Under the pieces are notes generated by a model that searched no databases, had not been told where the DNA came from, and saw only the letters and a program-made list of their open reading frames with translations. Below, piece by piece: positions 33,120-51,875 of a stretch of 64,000 nt of DNA. Origin of the DNA: the human T2T-CHM13v2.0 reference genome, Homo sapiens; assembly GCF_009914755.1 (NCBI RefSeq), contig NC_060931.1; one strand, 5' to 3'. How positions within the stretch are numbered: the first letter of the stretch is position 1; each line of letters begins with the position of its first letter. A program made the position numbers and the translations under genes.

Positions 33120-34990
33120 GGTAAAATGTGAGGCACAGATTGGAAGGAAATATTTATAGTATATGTATCTGGTGAAAGATTGGTAATTAGAAGATATAGA
33201 ATATACAAAGAACTCTTACAGTTCATTATTAAGAAGGCAAACAATCAAAAAATCATTAGACAAGGGATATAAAGACATTTCAAAAGAGAAGACACAAAAA
33301 TCACTAAATAGGCACATGAAAAGATATTTAATATCAATAATCAGAGAAAACAAATTAAAACAATGAAGACATACCAGTGCACACCCACAAAAACAGTTAA
33401 CATTAAAATGACTGAAAATACTAAGAGATGGCAAGAATATATAGAGACTGGAAATCTCATACATTGTTGGTTGGAATGCATCTTTCAAACACTGTTGCTG
33501 GGAATGCAAAATGGTGACCAATTTGAAAAACAATTCAGGATTTTTTGTATACATGAAGCATAAATTTAACATACAATTGAGCAATTATACTAGCATATAT
33601 TTATTCAAGAGAAACAAAAACGTATGTTCACACAAATACTTTTACAGAACTATTTATATCACCTTATTCATAAAAGCCACAAACTGGAAAGAATGCAAAC
33701 ATCCCTCAGTACGTGAATGGATAAACTGTAGTACATCCAAGCAATAAAATACTACTTGGTGACAAAAAGACATAAACTACTGTTGCACACAACAACATAA
33801 ACGCATCTGAATACCATTATGATAATTGAAAAAAAGTCAGACACAGAAGATTATATACCATATGATTCCATTATATGAAATTCTGGAAAAGACAAAACCA
33901 ACCTATAGAACAGAAAACATCACATTAGTTAGCTGGGGCCAGGTGTAAAGGATTGACTTCAAAACTGTGCAAGGAAAATTTTGGGGGTGATGTAATATCC
34001 CATATCTTGATTGTGATACAACAGGAGTGTGTAGAGAATCAAAAACACTTAAAAAACGGATGCCAGTTATTGTGTGTAAACTATGCAATAAAGTTGACAT
34101 ATAGTATACAACAACGTAAAAAGAATGAAATTATAAGCCAAACTATAGAATACATTTTCTATGCACAAACTGATAAAAGTTAATATTCAGTATGAATAAA
34201 ATGCCTACAAATCTATAAAGAAAAATATAACCCAATAGAAAATGGGCAAAAGAAGTGGATAGACATTTTCTAGAAGAGAAAACAAGAACTACCAAAAACA
34301 GGTTGATTAATGGACAACCTCAGTAATTAGACAATGACGTATTGTTTATACCATGCTAGACTGGCAAAAATTCAAAACAACGGGACATCTCATACACTGC
34401 TGATGGAAGAGTAAACTGGTGAAACAACTTTGCAAAATAATTTGGTACTATCTTATTAATTGAACATGTTTATAGCCTATGAACTTCACTCGTAAGTATG
34501 CACCATAGAGGAACTCAGGCACAGGTATAAAAATGTTCACAGAAGCATTGTTTGTAACAACAAAAACCTGAAAAGAATACAAACGTTTACTGAAAAAAAA
34601 TAAATAAAGTTGGGTATATTTATAATGAGAGTCTAAAACAGTGACAATGAATAAACTATAACTGTATATCTCAATATAAATGAATTTTAGAACATTTTGA
34701 ATACAAAATCACAGAAGATAAACTATAAATCAAAAAAATTTTTAAAGAAATAAATTCTTAGTAAATCTATAATGCAAAACAAAGGAATCTTAAAAAAATT
34801 TTAAAAGTGGTATCTTTTGTGGGAAAGCTGGAGCTTGAAATTTGGTGATTCTTGATAATATTCAAATTACATTTTGTCTGTGTTTTTACATGAGTGTTTT
34901 GTTTTCTTCTTATATTTTATGTTGTCCATTTGTCATATTTTTATTATCTTTCAAATATTCCATTACAAAAGTTAAAAAATGGAAAAGCAA
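33120..34990 (+). mobile_element. L1ME-type ORF2 3' end/3'UTR (two successive fragments)
   Basis: ORF 33363-33563 contains the L1 C-terminal motif LIHCWLEC; ATATGATTCCATTATATGAAATTCTGGAAAAGACAAAAC. Confidence 0.85.
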
Positions 34991-35319
34991 TCAACCCATA
35001 CATTTTTCTTGACATTTTTTCTCTCCATTTTACTCTTGACTTCCTTAAAATATAATAATACATCTAACATATTTTTAAAATAGATTCTTCTTCTAGATAG
35101 TCCTTTTGTATTTTTCAAATTGGATACCATACCCTTTCCTTAGGAAAGCCATTTTTGACAATTCAGATTATGTTCTCATGCTGTCTACTTCTTATAATTT
35201 TATCATCCTCTATTATAATTGCAAATCCATTAGTGAATAGCCTACTCCATATACTTTTCTTGGGAAAAAAGAATCATTTTGTTTAGCTTTTCATTGAACT
35301 CTGTTGTTTAGGCTAGTGG

Positions 35320-35513
35320 CACACAATGAACATTTCTTTGATATGTACTGTACATATGGTAAATACTAGCCATATGTGGCCATTGAGCCTTTGAAATGTG
35401 GCTAGTGAAACTGAAGAAGTAAATTTTTAATTTTTTTAATTGATTTTATTTAAATTGATGGAAATCCATTTAAATTTCAATAGCCATATGTGCTACTGTA
35501 CTGGACAGTGCTG
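35320..35513. mobile_element. MER3-like hAT-Charlie MITE
   Basis: ACTAGCCATATGTGGCCATTGAGCCTTTGAAATGTGGCTAGTG...TGGACAGTGCTG. Confidence 0.8.
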
Positions 35514-35929
35514 GTGTAAATAATGGCATCTTGTATTGAATTGACTGCAACATAAAACTCTGTGGATATTTAAAAATGAAAAATGGATAAAATGTATAAA
35601 TAAAGAAATAAATAAATTACATTTACCATGTATTTGTTTTTCAATTTTCTTATAGAACTGAGGAATTTTTTGACAGATCAGTTAGTGATTCTGGACTCTT
35701 TTATTACATACTCACTTTGTAAAGAGGTAAAAGAAATTCCTAAGTTATTTCCTTTGATGGTACTTTATTCTATCAGAATATGTAAGAAAGCTTATTAAAC
35801 TACTCATCAGAATGAATGCAAATATCAGTAGTATACTTTTAGCAAACCTTATATTGGCCGAAGTTACCAAATATACCATAATGGTAGCTCTTCCACCTAA
35901 AACTGAACACTAAGTAGTTGACATATGTT

Positions 35930-36770
<841 letters not shown>

Positions 36771-38069
36771 GTTGTTCTGAATCATTCGAGCTCTTCGATT
36801 GTCTTGAAATATTAGGATTTACAAACTTCTGGCTAAGCAAGAGCTTGCCTTTTAGTGTCATTCAGAGTAACCAAAATAATATCATGATGCTGTGTATTCC
36901 ATTAATTCTAAAATTGCTTAGGAATTGTACAGAAGTTCTAAGTTTACTTAGAATTCATGAAATAATTCTGATATAAAAGGGATATAACTGATATATCTCT
37001 TTCAAAGAATATTGATACTTCTGTTGGTTTTTCAATGGTGTTGTTACACCCTGTGCTTTACCAGAACATATTTGCCTCCTTATGAATAAAATCATGCCAT
37101 GCAAAAACCCTTAGCTCTGGGATGGATTATTTAACTGATCTATTTTCTTGAAGTGGAAACTGAAACCAATATGGCCTAAATGGTTCCTTAATGTCATTTA
37201 ATGGCCAAACTGGAAATAAAAATCATTCATTTCCTATAGTAGTACACTTCAAGAATCTCCAAACAAGTGGCAATTCTCATATATATTTCTGAAGAAAAAG
37301 ATGTAATCTGCTAAACTTATTTAAGTTTGTTAATAATATTCATGCATCTTGAGGTGGGGGCCAGGGGGAATAGATTAAATACAAATAAAAGCAACAGGAA
37401 GTGGAAGGACAGAAAAATCCTCATGTAAATGTAACAAAAGGTCCAGTGTTTGAAATTTGAAAGTGAATTGTATGTCACATGAAATAGAGGGTCACATATT
37501 GAAATGACAGAGACTAGTGTACTTTGTGTCCTGATGGATAGTAGTAATGACATATAAGTAAGTGACACTCTCCATTCATGTGTTGCTCTGAATTTTAAAA
37601 TCAACATCAATAGCATATCACATGAAGGCTATAAAGTTGCATGTGTTCCTTTCTTATTGATTTTTATGTTAGGCACAGAATAACACATGGTGAAAGGGGA
37701 ATTGTTATATTATCGTTTTCTTGTTTACTTACCCTAAGGTCTCTTTATAGTACAGACTTTCCTTACAAATACATTTCTCTGAGTCATTTGTATAAATATG
37801 CTTTACTACGTTGTATAAAAGATGTCTTTTTTCAGGTTTTTCTTTGAGGCTTATTTTCTTTCAGGTATTTGTTTCTTTTAGATACCGGGGAAATTCTCAA
37901 AATCAATGATATTCCATTGTAAGACAAAAGTACAAAAATATTTTAGTATGATTTAAGAACCCAGTGGTTACTTTTAGGCACAGCATAGGGCCACTTTTGA
38001 TCTAGCCATGTAAAAATTCAGACATATTCCATCACTTATTTCTATATTTCCTGTCATTCAATCATACTG

Positions 38070-38318
38070 AACTACTATTATTATTTAGTAAATGGCACTT
38101 TGATAAACACTGCTAGATACTGTGCTAAGAACTTTACATACATAAGAAAATTCACACAACTCCATGGAAGAGATATTATTATTTAATCTTTATTTTGCTG
38201 CAGAGAAAACAGAAGCTTAGAAAGAAAAAGTGAAGTTTTCAGAGTCACCATAGGTAGCAGAAGCAAGGAGTCCAATCTCTACATGATCTCAACTCTATAT
38301 TCTCACACTCAGTGCCAT
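38070..38318 (-). mobile_element. MIR
   Basis: ACTGTGCTAAGAACTTTACATACAT...GAGAAAACAGAAGCTTAGA. Confidence 0.7.
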
Positions 38319-39431
38319 AGATAATGCCTCCTACTCGCTTCTCATAAACCACATTATTTAACACCTCCATTCTTCTTGAACTCAACTTCCATTGGTAGAA
38401 ATGGCCTTAACATTTTCATCCATCAGAAAAACTCCTGTACATCCTTTCACTGAAGTCTCAGATCAAACATCAGCCTTTTGTGTCCCTCTGGTCTCCACCA
38501 TAAAAATTATCACAGGGCATTGTAATTGTTTGTTTTCTAAAATAACATCTCTCAGGCTGTGAATTCCTTGAGAGTGGCGATCAGGTGTTGTAAGTCTTTG
38601 ACCCTGCAGTCTATCACAGAGTTTAGCTGTAGAAAAGAGATTATGATATATACTTACAAGCACACTCCATCATTATATATCTGTATCTCTCTGACACTAC
38701 AACCCTACTGTGTAAGAAATAGCTGGCACACTTTATAAGGAAAACATCTTATTGTTAACTCAATAAGCACATAATAAAAATACTGAAGAATGCAAAAATC
38801 AGGGATTTTAAAAAAACTATTTTCCTTTTTAACTTTAGGTGCAAAAAATGTAATTCCAACCTTATTGAATCCAAAATGTTGGAGATTTGAGAGCAGCTTT
38901 TGCTAAGATATCAAACTGATCCCTGCTGGAAAGAGAATCTGGAAAAGGCAGAGAGTTCCATACTCCAACTGCTTTCTTTCTTGCCTCTTCCTCACCCTGT
39001 AAATCTAATACTCTGCCTTCAGCCTGGGTTGGCAATAAATCACTACTTGATTCAGTTCCCTGGGAAGAATGACAAGGGAGTGGTGCCCATGGGGTTTCGG
39101 TTCCTCAGGATGAGGTCTGAAGGAACAGAAACCCCTATGGTTGTTAAGGCTCTAGATGACATATAAAAAAATAAAATCATACTATTCACACTGGGAAGAT
39201 TAATCTCCTGTTAATATATGTTTTGTAAATTATGTGAAAAGGTTGCCCATAGCTAGCCAAGGTTTTACTCAAGGCTGCCTTTTATATTAGTGTTTGTGCA
39301 TGTCAGGCTCCAGAATGTGGGAGGTGGAAGTAGGAGATAAGAAAGTAAATTTCCACATTCTTATAAAATATTAATCCTTTACATGATAAGCCCTTTCCAC
39401 TTCATATGTAGGGAATAAGAAGCCATTGGAA

Positions 39432-39744
39432 GCCCGGGCATGGTGGCTCATGCCTGTAATCACAGCACTTTGGGAGGTCGAGGTGGGCGGATCATCTGAG
39501 GTCGGGAGATTGAGACCAGCCTGACCAACATGGAGAAACCCAGTCTCTACTACAAATACAAAACTAGCTGGGCATGGTGGTGCATGTCTGTAATCCCAGC
39601 TAATCAGGATGCTGAGGCAGGAGAATCACTTGAACCCAGGAGGCGGAGGTTGCGGTGAGCTGAGATCCTGCCATGGCACTCCAGTCTGGGCAATAAGAGT
39701 GAAACTCTGCTAAAAACAAACAAACAAACAAAAAAAAACCCAAA
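39432..39744 (+). mobile_element. AluSp
   Basis: Sp diagnostics; TSD AAGCCATTGGAAG at 39420-39432 and 39745-39757; lies in a degraded antisense L2. Confidence 0.95.
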
Positions 39745-40781
39745 AAGCCATTGGAAGTGCAGGCAGGCAAGTAACTTGACCAGGTGTGTGTTTTAGAGAC
39801 ATCTGTCTAGCAACAGTACAGTCAGTGGAGATGGTCAAGACTGTAAACAGGGAGACTGCTAGGAGGCAATTATAATTATTTGATAATAAAGATGAACAGC
39901 AGGTGTTAATGAGGGGCAGTAACTTTTTAATATACATAAATACAATCTGTAGGATAAAATAAAAGTGATAAAAATAATTTCCAGATATTCTGGAATAAGT
40001 ATCTAGGTGTAGGGTGCTAAACTTGAGGCTGACCATAGAGGAGCAGGTTTGGAGACAGATTTCACATTCAGATTTGTTCTTTTTAAGTTTTAAGGACTTC
40101 TAAATCACCCAGGATAATTTGTCCAGAAGACATATAGATTTTAGAAATATAGGTAGTAGCACAGTAATACTTCCAGACACAAAATGTAACCTCCTTATTT
40201 TTTGTAATTTCTACTATTATATTTTTTCTCTCCCTATCCCAAATTAACAAATAATGCCTGTTATAGTTTTAAAATATTTGATGTTATGAAGAAATCTACC
40301 ATCTACCATTTTATTTTCAACACAATCCTGGCTTATAGTTATCCTGGCTGAATGTATGACTCTGTGGTATAATTTTTAATCAATAATTAATCAATACTTT
40401 CAAGGAATCAAGATATATGAACATTAAATACTAGATGGAGGGGGACAATCACAACATACAAGAGAAGTTATGATTTGACAAACGAGATAATATTTAGTTG
40501 GGCTTTGAACAATAAGTTGGTTCTGAAATGGGCATACTGAAGCAGAAAAAAAAATTAAAGCTTGGAAACTTGACATGAGAACACAAATTTTACATGAATA
40601 TTACAGTTCTATCACTGGTCTGTTCATGTTAAAAAGGAAAAAAATTCTGATCAAATATTATTTCTTTGTACTATTAAGAATCACCAATCTGGATTAAAGG
40701 AAAATGTAACTGCTATAGATTTAAAATTACTTCTGGGCCCCAAATTACATTCAATAGAAGATTCATGGTATGTGTGTGTTT

Positions 40782-43866
<3,085 letters not shown>

Positions 43867-44502
43867 GAAGTAAACAACCTGGAAAACATATTTGAGAGAA
43901 TCATTCAAGAAAATTTCCCTAATTTTGTTGCAGGAGTAGACATCCAGATACAAGAAATCAGAGAACACCTGCAAGATACTATACAAAATGAATATCACCA
44001 TGACATACAGTCACCGGACTGTCCAAGATCAATGATAACAAAAAAAAAATCTTAAAGGCAGCTACAGGAAAAAGGTTAGATCATGTACAAAGAGAACTCT
44101 ATCAGGGTAACAGTAGATTTCTCAGTAGAAACCTTACAAGCCAGGAGAGGTTGCACCTGTTTTCAGCATTATTAAAGAAAGGAAAGTCCAACCACAAATT
44201 TTACATTCTGCCAATTTAAGCTTCGTGAGTGAAGGAGAAATACAAACTTTTCCAGACAAGCAAGTGCTAAGGGAATTTGTTACCACTAGACCAGCCTTAT
44301 AAGAGATCCTTAAGGGAGCTGTAAACATGGAAATAACAGAATGATACCTGCTATCACAAAAACACATATAAGTACATATCCCACAGATTCCATAAAGCAA
44401 CCCTCTAGTAACTTGACAATACAATCAAAACCTCACATATCAATATTCATCTTGAACATAAATGGTATAAATGCCCCCACCCCCGCTCCAAAAGACACAG
44501 AG

Positions 44503-44813
44503 GTTAGCTGCGGTGGCTCATGCCTGCAAACCCAACACTTTGGGAGGCCGAGGTGGGAGGATCACTTGAGCTCAGGAGTTCAAGACCAGCCTGAGCAAAA
44601 TAATGAATCCTTATCATCTCTACCAAAAGTTTAAAAAAGAGCCAGGCATGGGAGCACATACCTGTTATCACAGCTACCTGGAAGACTGAGGCAGAAGGAT
44701 TGCTTTTGCCCATGAGATTGAGACTACAGTGAGCTATGATTGTACCACTGCACTGAAGCCTGGGTAACATTTGACACCCTGTTTCAAAAAAAACAAAAAA
44801 GAAAACCAAAAAA
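44503..44813 (+). mobile_element. AluJ inserted at the start of L1 ORF2
   Basis: J diagnostics; TSD CAAAAGACACAGAG at 44489-44502 and 44814-44827. Confidence 0.93.
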
Positions 44814-45599
44814 CAAAAGACACAGAGTAGCAAGTTGGATAAAACAACAAGACTCATCCTTCTGCTGTCTTCAAGAGACCCATTTCACAAGTAACAACAT
44901 CTGTAGACTCAAAATAAAGGGTTGGAGAAAGATCTGTCACAAAAATGGAAATAAAAAATGAGCAGGGGTCATTATTCTTAAATCAGATAAAATAGACTTT
45001 AAACCAACAACAATGAAAAAGGCCAAAGAAGGATATTATACAATAATAAAGGATCCAATTCAACAAGAAGACTTAACTATCATAAATATTATGCATTCAA
45101 CATTGGAGCACCCAGATTCATAAAACAAGTTCTTCTAGACCTATAAAAAGACTTAGCCGCACAATAATACGGGGAGAGTTCAACACCCCACTAATAGTGT
45201 TAGACAGATCATCTAGGCAGAAAACTAACAAAAATTGTGGACTTAAATTTGACACTTGACCAATTGGACCTAGTAGACATCTATACAATATTCCACCTGT
45301 CAACCACAGATTGTAATTTCTTCTCATCTGCCATTGGAACATACGCTGAGATCAACTAAGGCTTGGCCATAAAGCAAGTCTAAATAAGCTAAAAAAAAAA
45401 AATTGAAATCTTACCAACCATAGTCTCAGACCACAGTGGAAAAAAAAGTAGAAATTAATACCAAAAAGATCTCTCAAAATCCACAATTACATGGAAATTA
45501 AACAATTTGCTCCTGAATGACTTTTGGGTAAACAAGAAAATAAAAGCAGAAATAAAAAATTTTAAAATAAATGAAAACACAAACAACAACAACAACAAA

Positions 45600-46262
45600 A
45601 AACAGGTGTTGCAGAAAAAAAGGAATGCTTATACACTGTTGGCTGAAGTGTAAATTAGCTCAATTATTGTGGAAAACAGTGTGGAGATTCCCCAAAAATC
45701 TAAAAACAGAACTACCATTCAACCCAGCAATCCCATCACTGGCTATATGCTCAAAGGAATATACATTGTTCCATCATAAAGACACATGCACATGTATGTT
45801 CATTGCAGCACTATTCACAATAGCAACGACATGGAATAAACTTAAATGCCCATCAATGGTAGAATGGATAAAGAAAATGTAGTACATAGACACTATGGAA
45901 TCCTATGCAGCCATAAAAAAGCACAAGATCATGTCCTTTTCAAAAACATGGATGGAACTGGAGACCATTATCCTTAGCATACTAACACAGGAACAGAAAA
46001 CCAAATATTGCATGTTCTCACTTATAAGTGAGAGCTAAATGATGAGAACACATGGACACATAAAGGGGAACAACAGACACTAAGGACTATTGGAAGGTGA
46101 GAGAAGGGAGGGGATCAGGAAAAATAACTAATGGGTATTAGGCTTAATACTTAGGTGATGAAATCATCTTACAACAAAACTCCATGACACAAGTTTACCT
46201 ATATAACAAACCTGCACATGTACCCTGGAACCTAAAATAAATGTTAAAAAAAAGAGAGAAAA
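45600..46262 (+). mobile_element. L1PA (L1PA13-like) 3' fragment nested in the older L1
   Basis: [20 protein letters not shown]-terminal motif, 3'UTR and poly-A; TSD GAAAACA(C/G)A(A/C)ACAACA at 45573-45588 and 46263-46278. Confidence 0.88.
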
Positions 46263-46454
46263 GAAAACAGACACAACATACCAAAATCTCTGCAAGGCAA
46301 CAAAAGTACTGTTAAGAGGGAATTTTATAGCACTGAACACCTAGCTCAAGAAGTTAGAAAGTTCTCAAATTAACAATCTACTATAACACCTAAAGGAACT
46401 AGAAAAACAAGAACAAACTAACCCCAACATTTGCAATAGAAAAGACATAAATGA

Positions 46455-46961
<507 letters not shown>

Positions 46962-47284
46962 TCAGAGGCCAGTACGTGTTGTTTCACTATAAGGAAAAGG
47001 AATGCACAGAAAAAAGCAAGAAATACTATAATTAGGCATAATATAGAGGACTGTCTGTAACTGGTTGATGTTAGCATCCACAAAAATAGATCATTGACTA
47101 GTACAACAATTTGCAGAAATAAATGAAGATTAAACCATGCAGGTTTGTAGCAAATCTTCCTTTGAAATTTTCATTTGAAGTAGATATTATGAAATTTCAA
47201 TGCCTTGTCATGATGAGATACCTATTAAGATTAAGCATTGTCTATAATCAATAGATATGTTTATCTCAACAATGAAAATATTAA

Positions 47285-47612
<328 letters not shown>

Positions 47613-48739
47613 GCATGTTTTCTTTCTGAAAACAGAAGCCTGTGAGTTGTGTAAGTGAGTGAAATAAAAAATGCATTAAAGCAGGAAGAACACTGATATT
47701 CTGGCAGAATTTTTTAATCCCAATTTTAACTTTAAAACATTCGCAGTTTAAAATCATACACACAGACATGCATACATAATGTTAAAAAACATTATATTTT
47801 TAAAATGTGAGCTCCCCTTAGTATCATGTTTGTATTTTATTTAGTACCATTTCTGCGAACAAGATACTTTTGTATGGGCAATTTGATACATCATGCAAAC
47901 AAAAGTAATTCTAGGCTTTTAAATAATAATTTATGCGGTTCTTGGTGATATAACAAACATTTATTAAATCTAATAGTTGTCATAAAAAATAGAAATACTT
48001 CTGTTATTGGAGTCCGACTTTAAAGTCTTTACCTCAAGATATTAAAAATAAAACTGTCACGTAATCACATCTGAGAATTTTTATTTTTTTTTCCTTGAAA
48101 TTGTTATTAGATCTGGTTGTTTCTAAGAGGGAAAAGAAGCTGAAATGAGCTTCAAAGGACAGAACACTGTTGACGTGTATATAAGCATTGTATAGTCTCC
48201 CCCTGGCTTTTAAAAGAAATTTCAGAGACTGGTATTAATTCTTGACAGTTTTATTTCTAATATCATCTGGTTGACATAAAAGAGCCTCTGTCAATTTTTA
48301 AAATGGGCAGAACAGAATGGGAATAGAAAACCAGTGTAATATTATGAGTGAACTCTGATGCACCTGAAGTGGTAATCTGTTTTTCTTAATTAAAAGAAGG
48401 AAAATAAAACAACTTATACTATAAAACGCTGATATTTCAAATTCCCAATTAATAGTAAATACATATTTTAAACTCTTTTTTCTGTTGTACATAAAAAATG
48501 CAGTGTCTCTTGTTAGAAGCTTGTTTGTTGCTGAAACATTTTTTTTGGCACATTTTATTACATGAAACAATGCTCCTGACAGATTGCTTTCAGTTTCTCT
48601 GACATGCAAATAGAATCCATCTATAGTTTGCTCTTACACACTTTTTGCAAAGTCATTAAGAATAAGACAGGGTGGTCAGAGACACCTTTGGTTTGCAATG
48701 AATACTCAATGAAACAGTATGGGTAGGTCATTTAATATA

Positions 48740-48990
48740 GTTGTAATCGATTGCTGCTGTTGCCTTTCCGGCCAAGCTGTAGTGCAGGAACAGATTTTTA
48801 ATTAAATAAATAGCTGGGTCGGCAGGCAGGTGCGCCCGGGCAAGCAACCTGCCCCGGGATTTGGTTTGCAGCAGTTGCTTGGCAACACAACACAGACGGT
48901 CTCTGAACAGCAGCTGCACCCTCTGTTAGCAGCTAGCAGATGCTCACACCTCAGAGAATGGTGTCAGAAATAATGATTTGTGAGTAATAG
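48740..48990. promoter_or_regulatory. Candidate enhancer/promoter with RFX X-box GTTGCTTGGCAAC (48874-48886)
   Basis: GC/CpG-rich patch in unique AT-rich DNA; X-box, E-boxes CAGGTG and CAGCTG, AATCGATT. Confidence 0.55.
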
Positions 48991-51039
48991 TTTGTAGAGC
49001 TCTCTAATAAACAGAAATAAAATAGCCTGAATGATAAAGGTCAAAGATATTCCAGACTGTTATAATGAATATGAATTTGGATCCAGTGAAATTATCAGAA
49101 AAAGACAATGAAGATGAAATATTACTGATACACTGTAACTAAAAAAAGAAAAAAAGCAAAGAAACTTCTATTATATATGACACAAAGTCAGAGGTACTTT
49201 TACATTATTTCATTTAATTTTTCAAATAAATTTCTAAGTATTTCTATGTCTACTTTAGAAGATGAGACACTGAGTTTCAGAGAATTTAAATCATTTACAA
49301 CTATAAATATAGTTTTCACTATTAATTTAGTATGCAAATTTAGGTAGAAATCAAAGATGGAATGTTTAACATATTACAAGAAAGAATATGTGTAATGTAA
49401 TAACTGTTACTACTAGCAACTGGTAGCCATGTCAGTATAAAACTGTGTTCCTTATGTTGTTTCTATAGGATCATGCTTGAATTTAATATAACTAAAAGTT
49501 TGAGTAATTTGGTCTGTTGTTGTTAATTTAAAAATATCAAAAAAAGCAGGACTGGAAATTCTGGATCTCTGTAGTCACAAGAATGTATAATTAAGTTGTG
49601 ACAAATCAGAACCTCCTACTACTTTATTCTTAACTGATTATCCCATGCCATGAACATATGGCCCCAATTTTAATGCTTCTTTTAGTACAAATTAAGGTGA
49701 ATAAAGTCATTAGAATTATCTATTTGTGTTTTGGTAAAATAAAAATTGCTTTAATGTTTATTTTAAAATTTGTAATATTTGCATTTTACATGAAGCTTTA
49801 ACAGTTTTTTTTAAGGCAGTGTGTATACAAGATTTTTTTTTCTGCAGTTCATCATCCTATGCACACATGGGGTATGAGAACCAAAGTACAAAGGGAGACT
49901 ATATAATCACACAGATTAATCTCCTCTCTCACAACTGCACATATGCCCATGCTTTGCTAACTATGTGCCCAGCTTTTCCCTTAATTTACAATAAATGGAA
50001 ACTCAGTAATAATAAAGCAGCTTGCTATAAAAATACATGAAGTAGAGTTTTATCATTTTGATTATTTTTTAGTAAAAAAGTATATTTTCTTTTAAAACCA
50101 TATTTAAATAAAATCTCCACAAATATTTTTCAGTAGTCATAATATTTTCTATGAATCTTTAGATGAAAAATATTTATTCATTTTCCCTTTAAAGCTTTAA
50201 AAACTTGTTACCTAAATAACATTTTATAAGTTATCACATTTTTTTGAATGAAGTGTTACAGGTCTTTGAGAAGATAAAAATACTTCCATCCCAACAATTG
50301 AATATATAACTTATTTGGTGATATAGCATTGAGTTAATTTAATGTTGAGTGGTATATTAAATTATTCTTATTGGGTCAACAAATAAAAAGTTGCAGATAT
50401 TCTAGAGAGTGTTTCTTTCATAATCTTTTTAAGGATGTAAATGAGTCTAATAAATGAGTCATTTATACACATGAAGAATTGAATATTCCAAAAAGTTGAC
50501 TTTCAAGAGTAAATCCCTAAGGAAAGAAAACCCCCCCCTTTTTTTTTTTTTTTTTAAGAGGGCAATGTTTATCAATTAGGCATATTATTGGACTTTAGGA
50601 AAAAAGCCTCCATTCTTATTTATCCTTAATACAGATTTAAATGCTAAATAAATTTTTGACTAATATTCCAAAACTGCTTTACTTCATTAACTCATCAGTG
50701 TCATGTATGTATTGACAGCAAGTGTAGGAAGTACTTCTCTGGATATTTGTTCAGGCAAATTTTTAGATAAAGCAGTCCTTGCAAAGAGATTTCTAACATC
50801 AGAGCTCACCACTGTAGTTTATGCAGGTATATTTAATTTGTAAGTGGACTAGCTGTCCTCAAAGTCAACTCCTCCTAGAAGGGAAGTATGAATCTTTGAT
50901 TTATAAAACTAACAAAAATAAGAGCAGTGTTGTAGTTTTATTACATAAATTTAAAAAAATAATATGTGTACATATATCACTAGAAAATAGAAAAGTAAAA
51001 ATTTGCCTTAGTGGTATAATTTAAGGAGTTCTATTAACA

Positions 51040-51510
51040 TATCCTGATATGATGCAGTGAGCATACTATATCTCTTTTATGATATTATTGCTAAAAATAT
51101 ACAATCCAATGAAATCATTAAAAATATCAGACGATCTGAAATTGAGAAATACACTACAAAATAACTTGTCAGTACTCTTCAAGTGTCAATATCTTGAAAG
51201 AAAAGAAAGTTTGAGGAGATTTTCTGGGCTAATGGAGACTGAAGAATTTATAAGTAAACACATTGCAATCCTTTTTGGATCCTCGACCAGGAAAAGGACA
51301 TCAGTGAAACAGTTCGCAAAATTTAAATATAATCTACAGATTAGAAATTATTGTATCAATATTAACCTTCTGGTTTCTATCATTTTACTGTGGTTATATA
51401 AAATGTTAACATTGGGGGAGTGTGGTTGCAGGTGGAAATAGGACTTTTTTGAACTATTTTTGTAATTTTTTTATATGTCTGAATAATTTCAAAATAAAAA
51501 CTTAAAAAAT
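51040..51510 (+). mobile_element. L1MC/MD-type 3' end
   Basis: CCTGATATGATGCA...AAAAGGACATCAGTG...ACTGTGGTTATATAAAATGTTAACATTGGGGGA. Confidence 0.8.
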
Positions 51511-51566
51511 TAAAATTTATTTCTCAGCATCAAGCCATTGTTGAATGTAAGTTGATATCTACTAAG

Positions 51567-51875
51567 AGCCAGGTGCAGTGGCTCACACCTGTAATCCCAG
51601 CCCTTTGGGAGGCTAAGGCAGGAGGATTGCTTGGGGCCAGAAGTTCGAGACCTGCCTGGGCAACATATTGAGACATTGTCTCTACAAAAAATAAAAGCAA
51701 AGTTAGCTGGACATGGTGGCTTACGCCTCTAGTCCCAGCTACTTGGGAGGCTTAAGCAGAAAGATTGCTTGAGCCCAGCAGTTCAAGGCCAGTGAGCTAT
51801 GACCACGCTTCTGCACTCCAGCTTGAGCAACAGAGTGATACCTTGTCTCTTAAAAAAACAACAACAAATAAACAA
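51567..51875 (+). mobile_element. AluJ
   Basis: J diagnostics; TSD CTACTAAGAGCCA at 51559-51571 and 51876-51888. Confidence 0.94.

Noticed and set aside
48194-48210. CTCF-like AAAGCCAGGGGGAGACT on the minus strand
   Set aside because: Mismatches at the key 5' CC and GGC positions; weak match
50531-50555. C8T17 homopolymer run
   Set aside because: No attached element or TSD; simple low-complexity sequence
51079-51441. 120-aa ORF
   Set aside because: Lies wholly within an L1MC/MD 3' UTR remnant
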